Assembly: GCA_009781915.1 (NCBI GenBank)
Contig: WQUW01000001.1
Coordinates: forward strand, 225 to 64,224
From: Treponema sp.
GTDB lineage: Bacteria > Spirochaetota > Spirochaetia > Treponematales > Breznakiellaceae
Direction: 5' to 3'
DNA: 64,000 nucleotides
Shown here: piece by piece, positions 61,017 to 64,000 of the stretch
Layout of the letters: each line of letters begins with the position of its first letter
How positions within the stretch are numbered: the stretch's first letter is position 1
Program-made: the position numbers and the translations under genes
The notes under the pieces: model-generated
What the model saw: only the letters and a program-made list of their open reading frames with translations
The model's database searches: none
Told to the model about the DNA's origin: nothing

Positions 61017-61844
61017 TCATAAAACAATAAGCCTAAGTTCATACAAGGTTTGGCTTACTTTCGTTTTACTGAGAAATGACTCTTCCGTTTCAACTATCAT
61101 AAAAGTATTTTTTCCCTTAAGCTGTTTTTTAAAAATTTCACTTGAGTTTTCTATTTCACTTCTTTCACTTTGTCTGAAATAATAAGTACCGGCAGGAATA
61201 GTTATGATATTTTTACGGGCAAAGTGTTTTGGCATTTCGACAAAACCATAATAACATGGTTTTTCATTAAACTGGTGTTCGCTTAAAAACCCGACATCCG
61301 GTAACGGGATAAGATCGTCCATGTTTGTAATTTCACTGGTTTTCCTGATTTTTCTGCCATACAGCTCATCGGTTATTTCATAAAGCACAGTTATCAGGTT
61401 TTTGCCTTTTAATGTCTGTCCATAAGATTTTGCGTAGTAATTTTTTTCTTCAAATTCTCTTGCGTATATCTTCCCTGTTTCATACTGGTTTCCAAGTTCC
61501 ATTTTTGACAGCGCCTTTTTAATGGCTCTGGAAGCCATTTTTAAAAGATTTGCTTTCTTTTCCAGAACATCATTACTGTTTTCAAGAAATTTTTTTAAAA
61601 CAGACACATCATCTGTATCAATTACACTTGTTATATTTTTTAACGGGATGTTAAATTCCACGCAATTCATTATCAAAAATATGAAATTCAATTGACTAAG
61701 AGAATAATAGCGATACCCTGTAATCGGGTCAACGTAAGCCGGTTTAAGGATATTTTTACGCTCATAATAGTGTAATGCCCTTATTCCGGCGCCGGAGAGT
61801 TTGGCCATTTCTCCGATTGACAACAGTTCATCTTTTCTGCCCAT
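61017..61844 (-). CDS. MerR-family transcriptional regulator with GyrI-like effector-binding domain
   Basis: LSIGEMAKLSGAGIRALHYYERKNILKPAYVDPITGYRYY HTH. I chose ATG 61844. GC is low (16 of 60 in one counted line). Confidence 0.85.
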   Translation of the reverse strand: MGRKDELLSIGEMAKLSGAGIRALHYYERKNILKPAYVDPITGYRYYSLSQLNFIFLIMNCVEFNIPLKNITSVIDTDDVSVLKKFLENSNDVLEKKANLLKMASRAIKKALSKMELGNQYETGKIYAREFEEKNYYAKSYGQTLKGKNLITVLYEITDELYGRKIRKTSEITNMDDLIPLPDVGFLSEHQFNEKPCYYGFVEMPKHFARKNIITIPAGTYYFRQSERSEIENSSEIFKKQLKGKNTFMIVETEESFLSKTKVSQTLYELRLIVL

Positions 61845-61876
61845 AAAATATTTTCCTAATTTTAAAAAAATTCCTC

Positions 61877-61907
61877 TTGACTCTACACTTAGTGTAGACA
61901 TTATCAT
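61877..61907 (+). promoter_or_regulatory. MerR-type promoter with 19-nt spacer and 17-bp palindromic operator, driving the MFS gene
   Basis: TTGACT (61877-61882), a 19-nt spacer, then TATCAT (61902-61907). The perfect palindrome TCTACACT-T-AGTGTAGA (61882-61898) lies within the spacer. Confidence 0.65.
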
Positions 61908-61948
61908 AAAAAATATCAATATATCACTCTAAGGAGATCGGATTAATT

Positions 61949-63211
61949 ATGGAGACTATGAAAAAGAAACTTTGGAACAAAAATTTTACTCTGTTAGTTA
62001 TTGGACAGAGTATGTCTTTATTCGGCAACATGGTAGTTACTGCCGTTCTGCCGTTTCACATACTGAATATAAGCGAATCCGCTTTTTTGTACGGATTGGC
62101 AATGGGATTACCTGTCATTTCGCTTATTATAATGACGCCCATTGGCGGCATTTTGGCAGATCGTTTCAAAAAACACAGGCTCATGTTTTGGCTTGATGTT
62201 TCTATAACGGTTGTTATTGTAGGATACATACTGACAAGCGGCTTATTTGCCGAAGTAGTGTATTTTGTAATTGTAAAACTACTGGCTTTCAATGCTATTC
62301 AAGCCATATACATGGCAACGACTGCCGCAAGTATTTCATTAATTGTCCCATCCGACAAGCTAACTTCCGGTAATGCCGTTATCATGGTGGTGAATTCACT
62401 TTCAATAACGGGCGGCGCGGCTATCGCGGGTGTTCTTTATGATAGGTTTGGGTTGTACCCCATTCTTATTGGATGCGCTGTTTGTTTTGTAATTACCGCG
62501 ATTGTAGATTTATTCATTCGTATTCCTTATAAAAAGCAAAAAACATCCGGGAATATCGCGCAAATTATTAGAGGCGACTTGTCAGCATCTTTCCGGTTTA
62601 TGTTAAAGGAAAACCGCACTATCGCAAAATGTGTAGTTCCTATATTCTTTATTGAATTTTTGTTTGGCTCAATGATTACGATAGGCTTGCCCGTTTTAAT
62701 TACTATCTACCTGGGTTTTGGCATGACACAGGTGGGGATAGCCTTATCAATTATTATGTTTGGAGGTGTACTGGGAGGTTTTGTTGCTGGTATATTGGGG
62801 AAACGGCTAAATATAAGCAGAGGTTTCTTGTTTCTCGCCATTGCAGGTTTGTTTTCAATACCAATGGGATTTGTGTTTTTATTTGATCTTCCAATTTTTA
62901 CGGCATATATTGTTTTAACAGTTGCCGGAACTATATTTGTCTTTTCCGCAAAAATATTAACCATCGCGATGATAACTTTTGTCCAGAAAGAAACGCCAAT
63001 AGAACTTATTGGAAAAGTTTTGTCTATTGCTATGATAGTTCCTTTTATCGGACAATCAATAGGGTATCCGCTTCAAGGAATGCTTTTTCACCGGTTTTCT
63101 GCTTCGCCTTGGGCTGTTATTTTCAGTGTTGTATTCGTGATGATTATTGTATCCGTGTATATGTTTCACCAATTCAAGAATATTGAGAGGTCAAAAAACG
63201 CCGCAGAATAA
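61949..63211 (+). CDS. MFS transporter (drug/enterobactin-exporter-like subfamily)
   Basis: 420 aa with about 12 TM helices, a GGILADRFKKHRLM loop motif and an AAGGAG RBS. Confidence 0.8.
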   Translation: METMKKKLWNKNFTLLVIGQSMSLFGNMVVTAVLPFHILNISESAFLYGLAMGLPVISLIIMTPIGGILADRFKKHRLMFWLDVSITVVIVGYILTSGLFAEVVYFVIVKLLAFNAIQAIYMATTAASISLIVPSDKLTSGNAVIMVVNSLSITGGAAIAGVLYDRFGLYPILIGCAVCFVITAIVDLFIRIPYKKQKTSGNIAQIIRGDLSASFRFMLKENRTIAKCVVPIFFIEFLFGSMITIGLPVLITIYLGFGMTQVGIALSIIMFGGVLGGFVAGILGKRLNISRGFLFLAIAGLFSIPMGFVFLFDLPIFTAYIVLTVAGTIFVFSAKILTIAMITFVQKETPIELIGKVLSIAMIVPFIGQSIGYPLQGMLFHRFSASPWAVIFSVVFVMIIVSVYMFHQFKNIERSKNAAE

Positions 63212-63370
63212 ATATCCGGTAAAAACCGTATCCACAATGTATTATTATACAGTATGTAGACACAATGCCCACCTCGCGGTTAATATATACCCAATGACAA
63301 AGAAACCGCCATGCTTGGGCAGAATTTTGACACTTCGGCAATTATATCAGGGCAAACAAAGGAGACAAAT

Positions 63371-64000
63371 ATGAAAAAATTGGTTTTTGGCATCACCTTG
63401 CTGGCTATTCTGGTGATTGCGTTTTCCGCCTGCGCAACAGAACAGCAAGCCAGCCCTGAAAGGCATTTTAGAGTGGAACCAGTCGACGGCGGTGCCTCGA
63501 TGCGAATTGTTGAATATCTGGGGGGCAGTAGGACGGTCAGAATTCCGTCTCTAATAAACAGTTTGCCTGTTACCCATATCGGAGACTGGGCATTTTTAGA
63601 CAATCGCCTGACCAGCATAACTATTCCTGATGGCGTTACGAGTATCGGAACTGCGGCATTTGCACGGAACCAACTTTCAAGCGTAACCATCCCTGATAGT
63701 GTGACTTCGCTTGGGCCGGGGGCGTTTGCGGATAATCGCTTGACCAGCGTAACGATTCCCAACAGCGTTATTTCCATTGGGGAAGGAACATTCACCCTCA
63801 ACCAACTTACAAGCGTAACCATTCCCGACAGTGTTACGAGTATTGGGACAGGGGCATTTCAGGATAACCAGCTTGCCAGCGTAATCATTCCCAACAACGT
63901 TACGTCCATCGGTAGTTATGCATTTATGCGTAATCGGCTTACCAGCCTGACGATTTCCAACAGCGTAACTTCCATCGGAGATTGGGCGTTTGAAGGTAGC
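63371..64000 (+). CDS. BspA-type leucine-rich-repeat lipoprotein, N-terminal part (runs off the window)
   Basis: Leader MKKLVFGITLLAILVIAFSAC, then at least 7 units of the 23-aa repeat LTSVTIPDSVTSIGxxAFxxNxL. The frame is open to the window end. Confidence 0.8.
   Translation, partial: MKKLVFGITLLAILVIAFSACATEQQASPERHFRVEPVDGGASMRIVEYLGGSRTVRIPSLINSLPVTHIGDWAFLDNRLTSITIPDGVTSIGTAAFARNQLSSVTIPDSVTSLGPGAFADNRLTSVTIPNSVISIGEGTFTLNQLTSVTIPDSVTSIGTGAFQDNQLASVIIPNNVTSIGSYAFMRNRLTSLTISNSVTSIGDWAFEGS

Noticed and set aside
63280-63822. 180-aa repetitive ORF on the minus strand
   Set aside because: It is the mirror image of the LRR repeat array. The plus-strand gene has an RBS, a lipoprotein leader and a canonical LRR consensus.

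Overview
This is a 64-kb window of a GC-rich bacterial chromosome. Hand-counted 60-nt lines in core genes gave about 60-63% GC. The gene-family mix is what I associate with Treponema-type spirochaetes: an Rpn/YhgA-like nuclease, FGE-sulfatase lipoproteins, a BspA-type LRR lipoprotein, lipoprotein-anchored TRAP binding proteins and HD-GYP signalling. Taxonomy cannot be verified from this window.

Core content:
- A long minus-strand operon: Hpt, HD-GYP response regulator, rpoZ-like, miaA, rqcH, Memo-like.
- polA, a hybrid sensor kinase, a Na/Pi cotransporter and an NhaC-type antiporter.
- pgi-argR, lysC-dapB-dapA-asd, and recX with rpsI-rplM.
- An RND efflux pair plus a small PII-like protein.
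- An aminotransferase-rhomboid-xth operon and glnS.

Accessory content:
- An IS1-family element with an A8 frameshift site.
- Two transposase remnants (rve-type and IS256-type).
- A frameshifted vapBC-like module in a very AT-rich islet, and a relE/higB-like TA pair.
- A low-GC AAA-ATPase (DUF4143-type) gene preceded by 32-bp tandem repeats.
- A low-GC MerR/MFS islet.

The most interesting region is about 14.6-32.9 kb. It holds a cobalamin-dependent methyl-transfer gene set: a BtuF-like protein, a DUF2284 protein, a corrinoid protein, a RACo-type activator, a PocR-AraC regulator, an MtaB-family methyltransferase and two long URO-D-like proteins. These are interleaved with two complete TRAP transporters (three binding proteins). 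I interpret this as a possibly undescribed pathway that takes up a methylated or methoxylated organic acid and demethylates it.

The second notable signal is a family of about 188-bp nearly perfect palindromic repeats: three full copies plus several partial modules. They sit at gene ends, supply the C-termini of two ORFs, and flank the AT-rich TA islet and the Rpn gene.

I found no rRNA, tRNA, CRISPR array or recognisable riboswitch. All family calls rest on motif recognition from memory, not on database searches.
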